Of a stretch of 64,000 bases of DNA, positions 10,270 to 19,468 are shown one piece after another (position 1 is the first letter of the stretch; each line of letters opens with the position of its first letter). The DNA lies in NCBI GenBank assembly GCA_045597145.1, contig JAZODU010000042.1, positions 11,166 to 75,165 of the forward strand, given 5' to 3'. This DNA comes from Eubacteriales bacterium. GTDB taxonomy: Bacteria; Bacillota; Clostridia; Oscillospirales; CAG-272. A program made the position numbers and the translations under genes. The notes under the pieces were generated by a model. It did not search any database and was not told the DNA's origin. It worked only from the letters and a program-made list of their open reading frames with translations.

Positions 10270-10311
10270 AAGTTCGTTCACAATTATTCCGCGAAATTAT
10301 TTAAAAATAAC

Positions 10312-10351
10312 AACAAAACAGCCGAATCCGCGTGGATTCGGCTGTTTTGTT
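10312..10351. terminator. Bidirectional intrinsic terminator
   Basis: AACAAAACAGCCGAATCC-gcgt-GGATTCGGCTGTTTTGTT between convergent genes. Confidence 0.85.
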
Positions 10352-11094
10352 TATGTCTGCGGTGCCATTTGCTTGATGATGTTGTCCATCATTTGCAGGA
10401 TGTCCGGTAAGAAGCGGCAAGTGAGCGCGGTGAACAGGATCGCGCCGACGCATGCCAGCACGACGGGAATCCACCCGGAACCCTTCTTCTCAAAGCGAAC
10501 CTCCACGCGGTACTTCAGCTCCTCGGGGATATAAAAGTGCGCTTTGGTGAAATCCATGTGGAAATCGTCGCGGCTCTTGCCCGTAAAAAAGGACAAAATG
10601 CGGTTGCCCAAGCTTCTTTTTGCGGGAGCTTGCTCGTCCTGCGCCTTCTCTTCCTCGTCCTTTTGTGCGCTTTGGGCGGCGATAAACGCCTCTTCTTCAC
10701 AGCATTTTACGTATTTTCGCATCGTCACCCCGCATGCAAGCTCGCGCCGCACGTCGGAATTGCGAAATTCGCCCAACTCCATCAAAGTTTTCGCTTTATC
10801 GGGCGTCAAGCAATCCTCTGCGATCATCTTCCGTAAGAACCCGCCGAGCTTTGTGCGCGTGTGCGCCACCATCACGGTTGCAATCACGATGCCGATCGCA
10901 ATGCCGAAGATCAGCAAGCGCGCCGCATCATTCGCCGAGGGACCGATCGAAATATACTCGTATACGTGAAAATGCACGGTAAAATACTTGTCGATGATAT
11001 AATCCACAAGCTCGCGCAGGAGCGTTTGTTCGTACCACCCGATCAAACGCTCCCAGAACGGGGCGCTGTAAAGGGTCGATTTTCCAAAAAACAT
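10351..11094 (-). CDS. Hypothetical membrane protein (two hydrophobic segments)
   Basis: SD AAAGGAG; LLIFGIAIGIVIATVMVA and WIPVVLACVGAILFTAL segments; follows serS. Confidence 0.7.
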   Translation of the reverse strand: MFFGKSTLYSAPFWERLIGWYEQTLLRELVDYIIDKYFTVHFHVYEYISIGPSANDAARLLIFGIAIGIVIATVMVAHTRTKLGGFLRKMIAEDCLTPDKAKTLMELGEFRNSDVRRELACGVTMRKYVKCCEEEAFIAAQSAQKDEEEKAQDEQAPAKRSLGNRILSFFTGKSRDDFHMDFTKAHFYIPEELKYRVEVRFEKKGSGWIPVVLACVGAILFTALTCRFLPDILQMMDNIIKQMAPQT

Positions 11095-11126
11095 TGTGAT
11101 TCTCCTTTGATAAGACCCAAAGAAGC

Positions 11127-12407
11127 TTATTTCTTGATAACGTCAAGTCCGATATACTTGCGAAGCACCTCGGGGACGGTCACGCTGCCGTCTGCGTTCT
11201 GATTTTGCTCTACGAGAGCCGGGAAAATGCGGCTGGTTGCAAGTCCGGAGCCGTTGAGGGTATGCAGGAACTCGGTTTTTCCGTTCTCGCGTCTGACTCT
11301 CATCATACCGCGGCGTGCTTGGTAGTCGCGCGCGTTGGAAACCGAGGAGACCTCCTTGTAGCCGTTCATGGAAGGAATGTTGATCTCGATGTCGTATGTG
11401 CGCGCCATGGACGCAGAGCAGTCCTCTGCCGCCAGCTTGACCGTTCGGAAGTGGAATCCGAGCCCCTTTACGAGATTTTCGGCGTTGGAGACCAGCTCCT
11501 CAAACGCCTCGTCGCTCTTTTCGGGCAGGGTGTACTGCACCATTTCTACCTTGTTGAACTGGTGTCCGCGCACCATTCCGCGCTCGTCCGCGCGGTAAGA
11601 GCCTGCCTCGCGGCGGAAGCAGGGGGTGTAGCTGATATATTTCTTGGGCAGATCCGCCTCGGTCAGGATCTCGTCGCGGTGGAGCGATACCAGCGCGGTT
11701 TCAGCGGTGGGCAGCATGAAGCGGCGACGCTCGTCCTCTGCGGTCTCCATCCAGTACACGTCGTCCTGGAATTTGGGGAACTGACCTGCGGTTAGACCGC
11801 ACTCATAGCCGAGCATGTGCGGAACGAGCATCAGCTGATAGTCGTTTCCAAGGTGGAAGTCGATGAAATAGTTGAGAAGCGCCCATTCCAGACGTGCGCC
11901 AAGCCCCGAATAGATCCAAAATCCGTTTCCGGAGAGCTTCGTACCTCTCTTGTAGTCGATCAAACCGAGCTCCGTGCACAGATCTACGTGATTTTTTGGC
12001 TCAAAATCGAATTTTCTGGGCTCGCCGTAGTAGCGAAGCGGCTCGTTGTTCTCTTTTCCGCCGGGCTTGAGGTCAAAATCGGGCAGGTTGGGCAGTCCCA
12101 GCATCAGTCCCGTGAGCTGCGTTTCCACTTCCTTCAGTCTCTCGTCAAGAGCTTTTGCGCGCGCGCCCATTTCCTTCATCGCCGCAAAGATCTCTGCGGT
12201 ATCCTTGCCCTCTTTTTTGTACTGCGGGATCAGCTTGTTGGTCTTGTTCTGTTCTGCCTTGATCGCTTCCACGTCACCGATGATGGTGCGGCGCTCTGCG
12301 TCCAGCTTCAGGATCAGCTCGATCTCTTCCTTGGCATCTTTTCCTTTTTTTGCCAGTCTGTCAATGACTTCATCGGGGCTTTCTTTGATATATTTGATGT
12401 CTAACAT
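11127..12407 (-). CDS. serS: Serine--tRNA ligase
   Basis: MLDIKYI, PTAE, FRREAGS, HQFNKVE, EVSSVSN, TLNGSGLA. Confidence 0.98.
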   Translation of the reverse strand: MLDIKYIKESPDEVIDRLAKKGKDAKEEIELILKLDAERRTIIGDVEAIKAEQNKTNKLIPQYKKEGKDTAEIFAAMKEMGARAKALDERLKEVETQLTGLMLGLPNLPDFDLKPGGKENNEPLRYYGEPRKFDFEPKNHVDLCTELGLIDYKRGTKLSGNGFWIYSGLGARLEWALLNYFIDFHLGNDYQLMLVPHMLGYECGLTAGQFPKFQDDVYWMETAEDERRRFMLPTAETALVSLHRDEILTEADLPKKYISYTPCFRREAGSYRADERGMVRGHQFNKVEMVQYTLPEKSDEAFEELVSNAENLVKGLGFHFRTVKLAAEDCSASMARTYDIEINIPSMNGYKEVSSVSNARDYQARRGMMRVRRENGKTEFLHTLNGSGLATSRIFPALVEQNQNADGSVTVPEVLRKYIGLDVIKK

Positions 12408-12434
12408 GATTTTTCTCCTGCTTTCGGGGTAATT

Positions 12435-13334
12435 TTATTCGTTTTCGGCAAAGAAATCCTTGCCACAGATGGTTTTGAGCAGCTCTGCAAGATCATCATC
12501 GTCACTATACGCCAGCTCTACTACCTTTTTCTTGTTTGTTTTCAAAATTTTCACACGTCTTCCAAGGATCCCGACCGCGCGGTGCTCCAGATCGCGCATA
12601 TATACCTTGCGCTGGGAGAGCTCGTTCTGCTCTTCCTCGTCAATTTCGTCCGGCTCGTAGTTCATCAGGCGCACCGTGCGCTCTACGTCGCGCACAGAAA
12701 GACCTTTTTCGATGATTTTCTGCGCCAGAGGTGCCATTTGCTCCTCGTTTTTCAGCCCCAGAAGTGCTCTTGCGTGTCCTGCGGAGAGGTCTCCTGCGCG
12801 TAAAAGCTCCAGAACCTCGTCCGGAAGGTCCAAGAGACGCAGATTGTTGGTGATCGCGGAACGGCTCTTGCCGACCTGCTTTGCTACCTGATCCTGCGTG
12901 AGTCCAAAGCGCTCGATCAGCGCGTCGTATGCGAGTGCTTCTTCTACGGGGTTGAGATCCTCGCGCTGTACGTTTTCGATAACGGCGACCTGCGCCGCCT
13001 TGAGATCGTCGCCCTCAAGAATAACCGCGGGGATCTCGCTCAGTCCCGCCATTTTTGCGGCTCTCCAACGGCGTTCGCCTGCGATAATTTCGTAGGTTCC
13101 TGCCAAAAGTGCGTTTTCGCGCACGATAATGGGCTGTAAAACGCCAAATTGTGCGATCGAATCCGCCAGCTGCTCCAGCGGCTCGTGCGCAAAGGTCTTT
13201 CGGGGCTGGTCGCTGCGCGGTTCAACGTCGGAAATGCGAAGATTGGTTGCGGCGGTCGTCTTATCACTCGCAAGAATGTTGTCGTCCAACAGCGAGTAGA
13301 AGTCGCGCCCGAGCCCGCTTCTTGATTTTGCCAT
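12435..13334 (-). CDS. parB: ParB/Spo0J partition protein
   Basis: GLGR N-terminus, QPRKTF, GVLQPIIVR, IIAGERRWRAA, ENVQREDL, HTH. Confidence 0.97.
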   Translation of the reverse strand: MAKSRSGLGRDFYSLLDDNILASDKTTAATNLRISDVEPRSDQPRKTFAHEPLEQLADSIAQFGVLQPIIVRENALLAGTYEIIAGERRWRAAKMAGLSEIPAVILEGDDLKAAQVAVIENVQREDLNPVEEALAYDALIERFGLTQDQVAKQVGKSRSAITNNLRLLDLPDEVLELLRAGDLSAGHARALLGLKNEEQMAPLAQKIIEKGLSVRDVERTVRLMNYEPDEIDEEEQNELSQRKVYMRDLEHRAVGILGRRVKILKTNKKKVVELAYSDDDDLAELLKTICGKDFFAENE

Positions 13335-13345
13335 TTTGAACCTCC

Positions 13346-14107
13346 TTAAATGCGCTCCGCCAGCTCTTTGGCGATGTTCATGTACTCAACGGCACCCTTG
13401 GAACGCTTTTCGTGGTAATATACGGGCGTGCCGTAGCTCGGAGCCTCGGAAAGCTTGACGTTTCTGGATACCGTCGTTTCGAACAGCTTGTCGTCGTAGT
13501 GCTTGCGGAGCTCGCTGATGACCTGCATGGAGTGCAGCAGGCGGTTGTTGTACATCGTGATCAGGATTCCCGTGATCGTCAGATTGGGATTGTAGTGCTT
13601 TTTGACCAGGCGAATGGTCAGCATCAGCTGAGAAAGTCCTTCCAGGGCGAAAAATTCGCACTGCATGGGGATCACGACGCCGTCGCTGGCGGTAATTGCG
13701 TTGACAGAAAGCATACCAAGCGACGGAGGACAGTCGATGATGATGTAATCGTATTCGTCGCGCACTGCCGCGAGCTTGTTTTTGATGATCTCTTCGCCTT
13801 TTTCGACGTCTGCGAGATCATGCTCGACACGCGCGAGTGTGGTGTTAGTGGGAATGACCGACAGATTGTCGAATCTGGTCTTGATAATGACGTCTTTCGC
13901 GGGGGTTTCGGTGGTCAGAAGGTCAAAAGCGGTCAGCTTCAACGCCTTTTTTACGATTCCAACGCCGCTGGTCGCATTGCCCTGAGGATCGAGGTCGATC
14001 AAAAGAACCTTATAACCGAGCACGCCGAGAGAGGCCGCGACGTTTACGGCAGACGTGGTCTTACCAACGCCGCCTTTTTGGTTTGCAAACGAAATAATTT
14101 TGCCCAT
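13346..14107 (-). CDS. parA: ParA/Soj ATPase
   Basis: NQKGGVGKTT, DLDPQGNAT, DCPPSLG, EAPSYG. Confidence 0.97.
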   Translation of the reverse strand: MGKIISFANQKGGVGKTTSAVNVAASLGVLGYKVLLIDLDPQGNATSGVGIVKKALKLTAFDLLTTETPAKDVIIKTRFDNLSVIPTNTTLARVEHDLADVEKGEEIIKNKLAAVRDEYDYIIIDCPPSLGMLSVNAITASDGVVIPMQCEFFALEGLSQLMLTIRLVKKHYNPNLTITGILITMYNNRLLHSMQVISELRKHYDDKLFETTVSRNVKLSEAPSYGTPVYYHEKRSKGAVEYMNIAKELAERI

Positions 14108-14229
14108 ATTTTACACTTCCTTTCAAGGGATTTGCGGCACGGTTTCCGCCGCAGGTGTGTTCTTTTATATTATATCATAATTATGCTCGTTTTGCAATGC
14201 TTTTGCGCAAGTTTCTGCGAAAAATATAA

Positions 14230-14380
14230 TGTTTCACGTGAAACATCAGCCCCTTCATTTTAATCGTGCGATGTTTCGCGTGAAACGTCGCGCATCTTCC
14301 TCAAAAAAACGAGCCGATGTTTCACGTGAAACATCGGCTCTGTGGATGTGACAGCGCGTTATAATGTTTCACGTGAAACA
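14230..14380. promoter_or_regulatory. Cluster of four parS sites
   Basis: TGTTTCACGTGAAACA at 14230-14245, 14318-14333 and 14365-14380; variant TGTTTCGCGTGAAACG at 14272-14287. Confidence 0.95.
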
Positions 14381-15106
14381 TTACAGCGGCTTTTTGGAGA
14401 TTGTTGCGTAAGCGCGCGGATATTGAGGCGGCGTAGGCACGATCTTGGCGATTTCGATCAGGCCGCGCGCTTCCTCGCTGCTGTCTGTGACGAGCACTTT
14501 TTGGTAAATGGTCGTTTCGCCGCCGCCGAGCGTGCGAATGGCTTTTTGTGCTTCTGTGAGCTCCTCCTCGGCTTTTGCGCCCTTGAGGGCGATCAGCTTG
14601 CCACCAATCTTGAGGTATGGAATGCAAAGCTCGCACAAAATGTTCAATCTTGCCACGGCGCGACTGACAACAACGTCGAAAGAACCTAATTTTTTGCAGA
14701 TCGCGGCATCCTCGGCTCTGCCGGAGATGGTGCTCAGGTTGGAAAGACCGAGCAGGACGGCGCTTTCTTGCACAAATGCGATTTTCTTGGCGGTACTGTC
14801 GAGGGCGGTGATGGAAAGATCGGGGCGGCAGATCGCCAGCGGAATCGACGGGAATCCGGGGCCGCAGCCGATATCCAGCACGCGTGCGTCTTGCGGAATG
14901 TAGCGGGCGACCAAGAGCGAATCGACATAGTGCTTGTAGATTGCGTCGGGGATGTTTCGGACGGCGGTCAGATTGGTGGTTTCGTTGACCTTTAAAAGAT
15001 GCTTGGTGAAACGGTAAAATGTGTCGGTTATGTCGCGCGTTGGTTCTGAAAGCCCGTTTTTGGTGCACGCTGTGCGAAATAACGCTTCAAATTCGTAGTA
15101 TTCCAA
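14381..15106 (-). CDS. rsmG: 16S rRNA m7G527 methyltransferase
   Basis: NLTA, HYVDSL, LDIGCGPGFP, RAE, VVSRAVA, YPR. Confidence 0.95.
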   Translation of the reverse strand: MEYYEFEALFRTACTKNGLSEPTRDITDTFYRFTKHLLKVNETTNLTAVRNIPDAIYKHYVDSLLVARYIPQDARVLDIGCGPGFPSIPLAICRPDLSITALDSTAKKIAFVQESAVLLGLSNLSTISGRAEDAAICKKLGSFDVVVSRAVARLNILCELCIPYLKIGGKLIALKGAKAEEELTEAQKAIRTLGGGETTIYQKVLVTDSSEEARGLIEIAKIVPTPPQYPRAYATISKKPL

Positions 15107-15116
15107 GGCTGGATCC

Positions 15117-17045
15117 TCATTTCATTCCTAAATAGATGAGCAGAACGGTAATGTCTGCGGGGCTGACTCCGCTGATGCGCGAGGCTTGGCCGACGGTTAA
15201 GGGGCGGATCGCAGCGAGCTTTTGCGCGGCTTCGATGCGCAGGCCCTTGATCGCGGCGTAGTCGATCTCGTTCGGCAGACGTTTTTCTTCCAATTTGCGG
15301 CGTTGCTCGATTTCGGTGAGCTGTCGGTTGGCATAGCCTGCGTATTTGACGTCGGTTTCAACGGTCAAGCGGACTGTGCGGGGGAGATCGGGGCGATTTT
15401 GGTCGATTTTTGAAAGGATCTCATAGGAAACGGGCGGGCGACGCAAAAGATCTGCCAAGGATGCGCCCGATTTCAAGGGTGCTTCGCCAAGGCCTGCCAA
15501 AATGGGATTTGCCTTGTCGGGTGAGACGTGCGTGCTCTCCAATCGCGCTTTCTCGGCATCGATGGCGGCTTTTTTGCTTAAAAACGCTTGATAATGCGCC
15601 TCCGTGACCAATCCCGCCTCGTATCCGATGGGTGTGAGGCGTTGGTCAGCGTTATCCTGACGCAAAAGCAGGCGGTATTCCGAGCGCGAGGTCATCATGC
15701 GGTAGGGTTCGTTCGTGCCCTTGGTGACCAGATCGTCGATCAGTGTGCCGATATAGCTGCCCGAGCGCGGCAAAACGACGGGATCCAGCCCTTTGACGCG
15801 GCGCGCGGCGTTGATGCCTGCGACAAGTCCCTGCGCGGCAGCCTCCTCGTAGCCCGAGGTGCCGTTAAACTGTCCTGCGCCGAAGAGCCCTCTGACGGCT
15901 TTAAACTCCAGAGAGGCATCCATTTGCGTCGGATCGGCGCAATCGTACTCGATTGCATAGGCGTAGCGCATGATCTCGGCGTTTTCAAAGCCCTCAAGTG
16001 AGTGCAGCATATCGACCTGCACGTCGGTCGGGAGCGAGGTGGAAAAGCCTTGGAGGTACATTTCCGAGGTTTCTTCGCCCATGGGCTCAACGAAGAGCCG
16101 GTGACGTTCCTTATCCGCAAAGCGCACGAGCTTGTCCTCGATCGACGGGCAATAGCGCGGCCCTGTTCCGTGGATCTTTCCAGAATAAAGCGCACTGCGC
16201 GTGATGTTTTCGCGGATGATGCGGTGGGTTTCGGCGTTCGTATAGACGATGTGGCAGGGAATTTGCTTCCTATTATATAAAAGATCCTCGGCGTGCTGTG
16301 CGCTGTAGGGAAGCGGCGCATCCTCGCCCGGCTGTTCCTCGAGGCGAGAAAGGTCGATGGTTTCCTTTTTGATGCGCGCGGGCGTACCGGTTTTAAAGCG
16401 CAGGAGGCGAATGCCCGCGTCACTCAAGGATGCAGACAGTCCCTTGGAGGGGAGAAAGCCGTCGGGACCGGCTTCGTAATTGACGTTTCCGACGAAGATC
16501 TCGCTTTCCAGATAGGTGCCCGAGGCGATGATGGCACAATCGCATTGCCAGACCTCGCCAAGTCGCGTTGTGACAGATGCGACATATTTTGCGCCGTCTT
16601 GGGGAGTGCTCTGCGGAATATCCGATGAAGGCAAGACATTTATTGCGGTGATCTCGGCTTGCACAAGGCGAAGATTGGGCGTGGACTCCAGCGTGCGCTT
16701 CATGATGGCTTGGTATTGCTTGCGGTCTGCCTGCACGCGCTTGCTTTGCACTGCTGCGCCTTTTCCGAGGTTGAGCGTGCGTGATTGCAGCGTGACGAGA
16801 TCTGCGGCGCGCCCCATCTCGCCGCCCAGCGCGTCGATCTCGTAGACGAGGTGTCCTTTTGCCGTCCCGCCGATCGACGGATTGCAGGGCATATTTGCGA
16901 TGGATTCAAAGGACATGGTAAAGAGCACCGTGTCAACGCCCATACGCGCGGATGCGAGTGCTGCCTCGATCCCCGCGTGTCCCGCGCCGATCACGGCGAC
17001 TTGGCAGGAGAGAGGGAGGCGTGAGGTGGTCTGCTGTTCTGACAT
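15117..17045 (-). CDS. mnmG: tRNA U34 modification enzyme MnmG/GidA
   Basis: GAGHAGIEAA, CNPSIGG, KTGTPAR, RYCPSIEDK, GQFNGTSGYEEAAAQG. Confidence 0.98.
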   Translation of the reverse strand: MSEQQTTSRLPLSCQVAVIGAGHAGIEAALASARMGVDTVLFTMSFESIANMPCNPSIGGTAKGHLVYEIDALGGEMGRAADLVTLQSRTLNLGKGAAVQSKRVQADRKQYQAIMKRTLESTPNLRLVQAEITAINVLPSSDIPQSTPQDGAKYVASVTTRLGEVWQCDCAIIASGTYLESEIFVGNVNYEAGPDGFLPSKGLSASLSDAGIRLLRFKTGTPARIKKETIDLSRLEEQPGEDAPLPYSAQHAEDLLYNRKQIPCHIVYTNAETHRIIRENITRSALYSGKIHGTGPRYCPSIEDKLVRFADKERHRLFVEPMGEETSEMYLQGFSTSLPTDVQVDMLHSLEGFENAEIMRYAYAIEYDCADPTQMDASLEFKAVRGLFGAGQFNGTSGYEEAAAQGLVAGINAARRVKGLDPVVLPRSGSYIGTLIDDLVTKGTNEPYRMMTSRSEYRLLLRQDNADQRLTPIGYEAGLVTEAHYQAFLSKKAAIDAEKARLESTHVSPDKANPILAGLGEAPLKSGASLADLLRRPPVSYEILSKIDQNRPDLPRTVRLTVETDVKYAGYANRQLTEIEQRRKLEEKRLPNEIDYAAIKGLRIEAAQKLAAIRPLTVGQASRISGVSPADITVLLIYLGMK

Positions 17046-17142
17046 GGAAATTCTCCTTTGCAAAAACGAGAGAAAATGATAAGATAAATATTGCTATAGT
17101 ACGGATATGCGAAAAAGGTAAAATATGGAAGAAAACGGCAAT

Positions 17143-18384
17143 TTACTCGACGCGGGAGAGGTATTCCACCTGCTCGGGCGTGAGGGTATCGATGGCGATA
17201 TTCATCGCGCGCAGCTTGATGTCCGCGACCTCGCGGTCGATCTCGGCGGGCACGGCGTAGACGCGTTTGTCAAGGAACTTTCCGTTCTTGGCAAGGTGCG
17301 CCAGACTCTTTGCCTGAATGCCGAAGGACATGTCCATAATCTCGGCGGGGTGGCCGTTTCCTGCGGCGAGGTTGACCAGCCGCCCCTCTGCGAGCAGGTT
17401 GATCATGCGGCCGTCGGGCATACGGTAGCCGCGAATGTTGGGCTTGCGCTCCCAGCTCTCGACCGACGCCTCCTCGAGATCCTTCTTGTTGATCTCCACG
17501 TCGAAATGTCCGCTGTTGGAGAGCAGGACACCGTCCTTCATCACGTCGAAATGACGGCGCACGAGGACGTCGGCACAGCCCGTGAGCGTGACGAACAGGT
17601 CGCCGATCTTTGCCGCCTCATCCATGGGGAGCACGGTAAAGCCATCCATGACCGCCTCGATCGCCTTGATGGGATCGACCTCGGTAACGACGACCACAGC
17701 CCCCATGCCCTTTGCGCGCATGGCAAGCCCTTTTCCGCACCACCCGTAGCCCGCAACGACCACCGTTTTGCCCGCAATGATGAGATTGGTGCAGTTCATG
17801 ATGCCGTCGAGGGTGGACTGTCCCGTGCCGTAGCGGTTGTCAAACAGATGCTTGCAGTCGGCGTCGTTGACGTCGATCATGGTGTAATCAAGCAGCCCCG
17901 CCGCCTCGCGCGAGAGCAGGCGGTGAATGCCCGTCGTGGTCTCCTCGCAGCCGCCGATGAGGTTTTTTCCGTAGTCGCGGCACTCGCCGTGCAACAGAGA
18001 GATAAGGTCGCCGCCGTCGTCGATGATGAGATCGGGCGAGCAGGAAAGGGTGGCGATCAGATGGTTGCGGTATTCCGCGTCGCTCACGCCGTGACGCGCG
18101 TGAACCTCAAAGCCCTCGGCGGCAAGAGCCGCGGCAACGTCGTCCTGCGTGGAGAGAGGGTTGCACCCCGTGACCCAGACCTCGGCACCGCCTGCGCGGA
18201 GCACCTTTGCGAGGTACGCGGTCTTTGCCTCAAGGTGGATCGACATAGCGATCTTCATGCCCGAGAAGGGCTTGGTGCGTTCAAATTCTTTCTTAATCGA
18301 ATTGAGAATGGGCATGTAGGACTGTACCCAAGCGATTTTATCCGCGCCCGAGGGGGCGAGGCTGATGTCTTTGATCTGACTCAT
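17143..18384 (-). CDS. ahcY: Adenosylhomocysteinase
   Basis: HLEAKTA, CNPLSTQDD, EETTTG, FDNRYGTGQS, GYGWCGKG, GRLVNL; start at ATG after GGAGG. Confidence 0.97.
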   Translation of the reverse strand: MSQIKDISLAPSGADKIAWVQSYMPILNSIKKEFERTKPFSGMKIAMSIHLEAKTAYLAKVLRAGGAEVWVTGCNPLSTQDDVAAALAAEGFEVHARHGVSDAEYRNHLIATLSCSPDLIIDDGGDLISLLHGECRDYGKNLIGGCEETTTGIHRLLSREAAGLLDYTMIDVNDADCKHLFDNRYGTGQSTLDGIMNCTNLIIAGKTVVVAGYGWCGKGLAMRAKGMGAVVVVTEVDPIKAIEAVMDGFTVLPMDEAAKIGDLFVTLTGCADVLVRRHFDVMKDGVLLSNSGHFDVEINKKDLEEASVESWERKPNIRGYRMPDGRMINLLAEGRLVNLAAGNGHPAEIMDMSFGIQAKSLAHLAKNGKFLDKRVYAVPAEIDREVADIKLRAMNIAIDTLTPEQVEYLSRVE

Positions 18385-18478
18385 AATTTCCTCCGTAAAA
18401 TAAGACAAATATTGCTGTTTTTGGTGTGTTTTCACATGACATGTGCGACAGAACAGTGGACAAAACCTACGACACGCA

Positions 18479-19453
18479 TCAGTATTCCGAGCAAGCGTCG
18501 TTGCAGCCGTCCCAATCGGGCGTGGGGGCGGTGGCGGGATCGTAATCGCAATCCTTGACCGCCGCATATGCGGAGTGTGCCGTGGGTGGTGGGTCGACGG
18601 CGGGAGCGGGGGGCGAATGAGGCTCCATGCTGTTTTTGATGTGCTCGGTCAATTCTCCCCGGCGGCATCTGCGGTATTCGGTGGGAGAGGTTCCCATCTG
18701 GCGCATGAAGGCGCGGTTGAAGGTGCGCGGCGTGTTGAAGCCGACGAGCGAGCCGATCTCGGTGATGGAGTGATCCGAGTTGAGCAGATAGCGGCACGCC
18801 TCGGACACGCGCAGAGAGTTGATGTAATCGTTAAAGCCCAGCCCCAAGCGTCCGCTGAAGAGGTGCGAGATGTAGTATTTGTTCAAATGCAGCTTTTCCT
18901 CAAGAAGCGAGAGCGAGAGGTTCTCGGCGTAGTTCTGCGTGCAGAAGGATACGATGGTGCGCAGCGTTTCGGAGTCCCCGACGGGGAGCTTGGCGATGGT
19001 CATCATGGGCAGGAGCTGTGCGCAGAGTGCCAGGAGATAGCCGCGGCGCAATTCGGACAGATGTGAGAGAGTGTCGCGGTCGCGCGTTTCGATCAGACAA
19101 TCGATCAGCGCGCGGATCTGCGGCATATCGGCGGCTCCCTTGATAACGGGGGAGCGCGGCGTGCCCATGGTGAAGGTCTCCATCATTTCGGGCAGGATGT
19201 CGGGCTTGAAAATGAAGCCCACGTGCGCCTCGGGCGTTCGCTTTTCGTAGGAGTGGATCTGGTTGGGAAAGGCGAGAAAGACGTCGCCTGCGTGCAATTC
19301 ACAGCGCACGGAGTCGGCGTACGCCACGACCTCGCCCTCCAGAAGGCAGATCAGCTCCACCTCGCGGTGCAGGTGCGGCATACATTGAATATTGTGACCG
19401 CCGAGAAAGGCGATGTCCTGAAGCTTTTGTTCGTATCTGACGTTTAGTGACAT
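18479..19453 (-). CDS. AraC-family regulator (cupin plus HTH) with Pro/Cys-rich tail
   Basis: HLHREVE, PNQIH, YINSLR, GFNTPRTFNRAF...SPTEYR. Confidence 0.9.
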   Translation of the reverse strand: MSLNVRYEQKLQDIAFLGGHNIQCMPHLHREVELICLLEGEVVAYADSVRCELHAGDVFLAFPNQIHSYEKRTPEAHVGFIFKPDILPEMMETFTMGTPRSPVIKGAADMPQIRALIDCLIETRDRDTLSHLSELRRGYLLALCAQLLPMMTIAKLPVGDSETLRTIVSFCTQNYAENLSLSLLEEKLHLNKYYISHLFSGRLGLGFNDYINSLRVSEACRYLLNSDHSITEIGSLVGFNTPRTFNRAFMRQMGTSPTEYRRCRRGELTEHIKNSMEPHSPPAPAVDPPPTAHSAYAAVKDCDYDPATAPTPDWDGCNDACSEY

Positions 19454-19468
19454 GGTAACTCCTTTCGA

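Noticed and set aside
18385-18478. SAH/SAM riboswitch before ahcY; T-box before serS
   Set aside because: No recognisable conserved motifs; serS lies only 27 bp from parB
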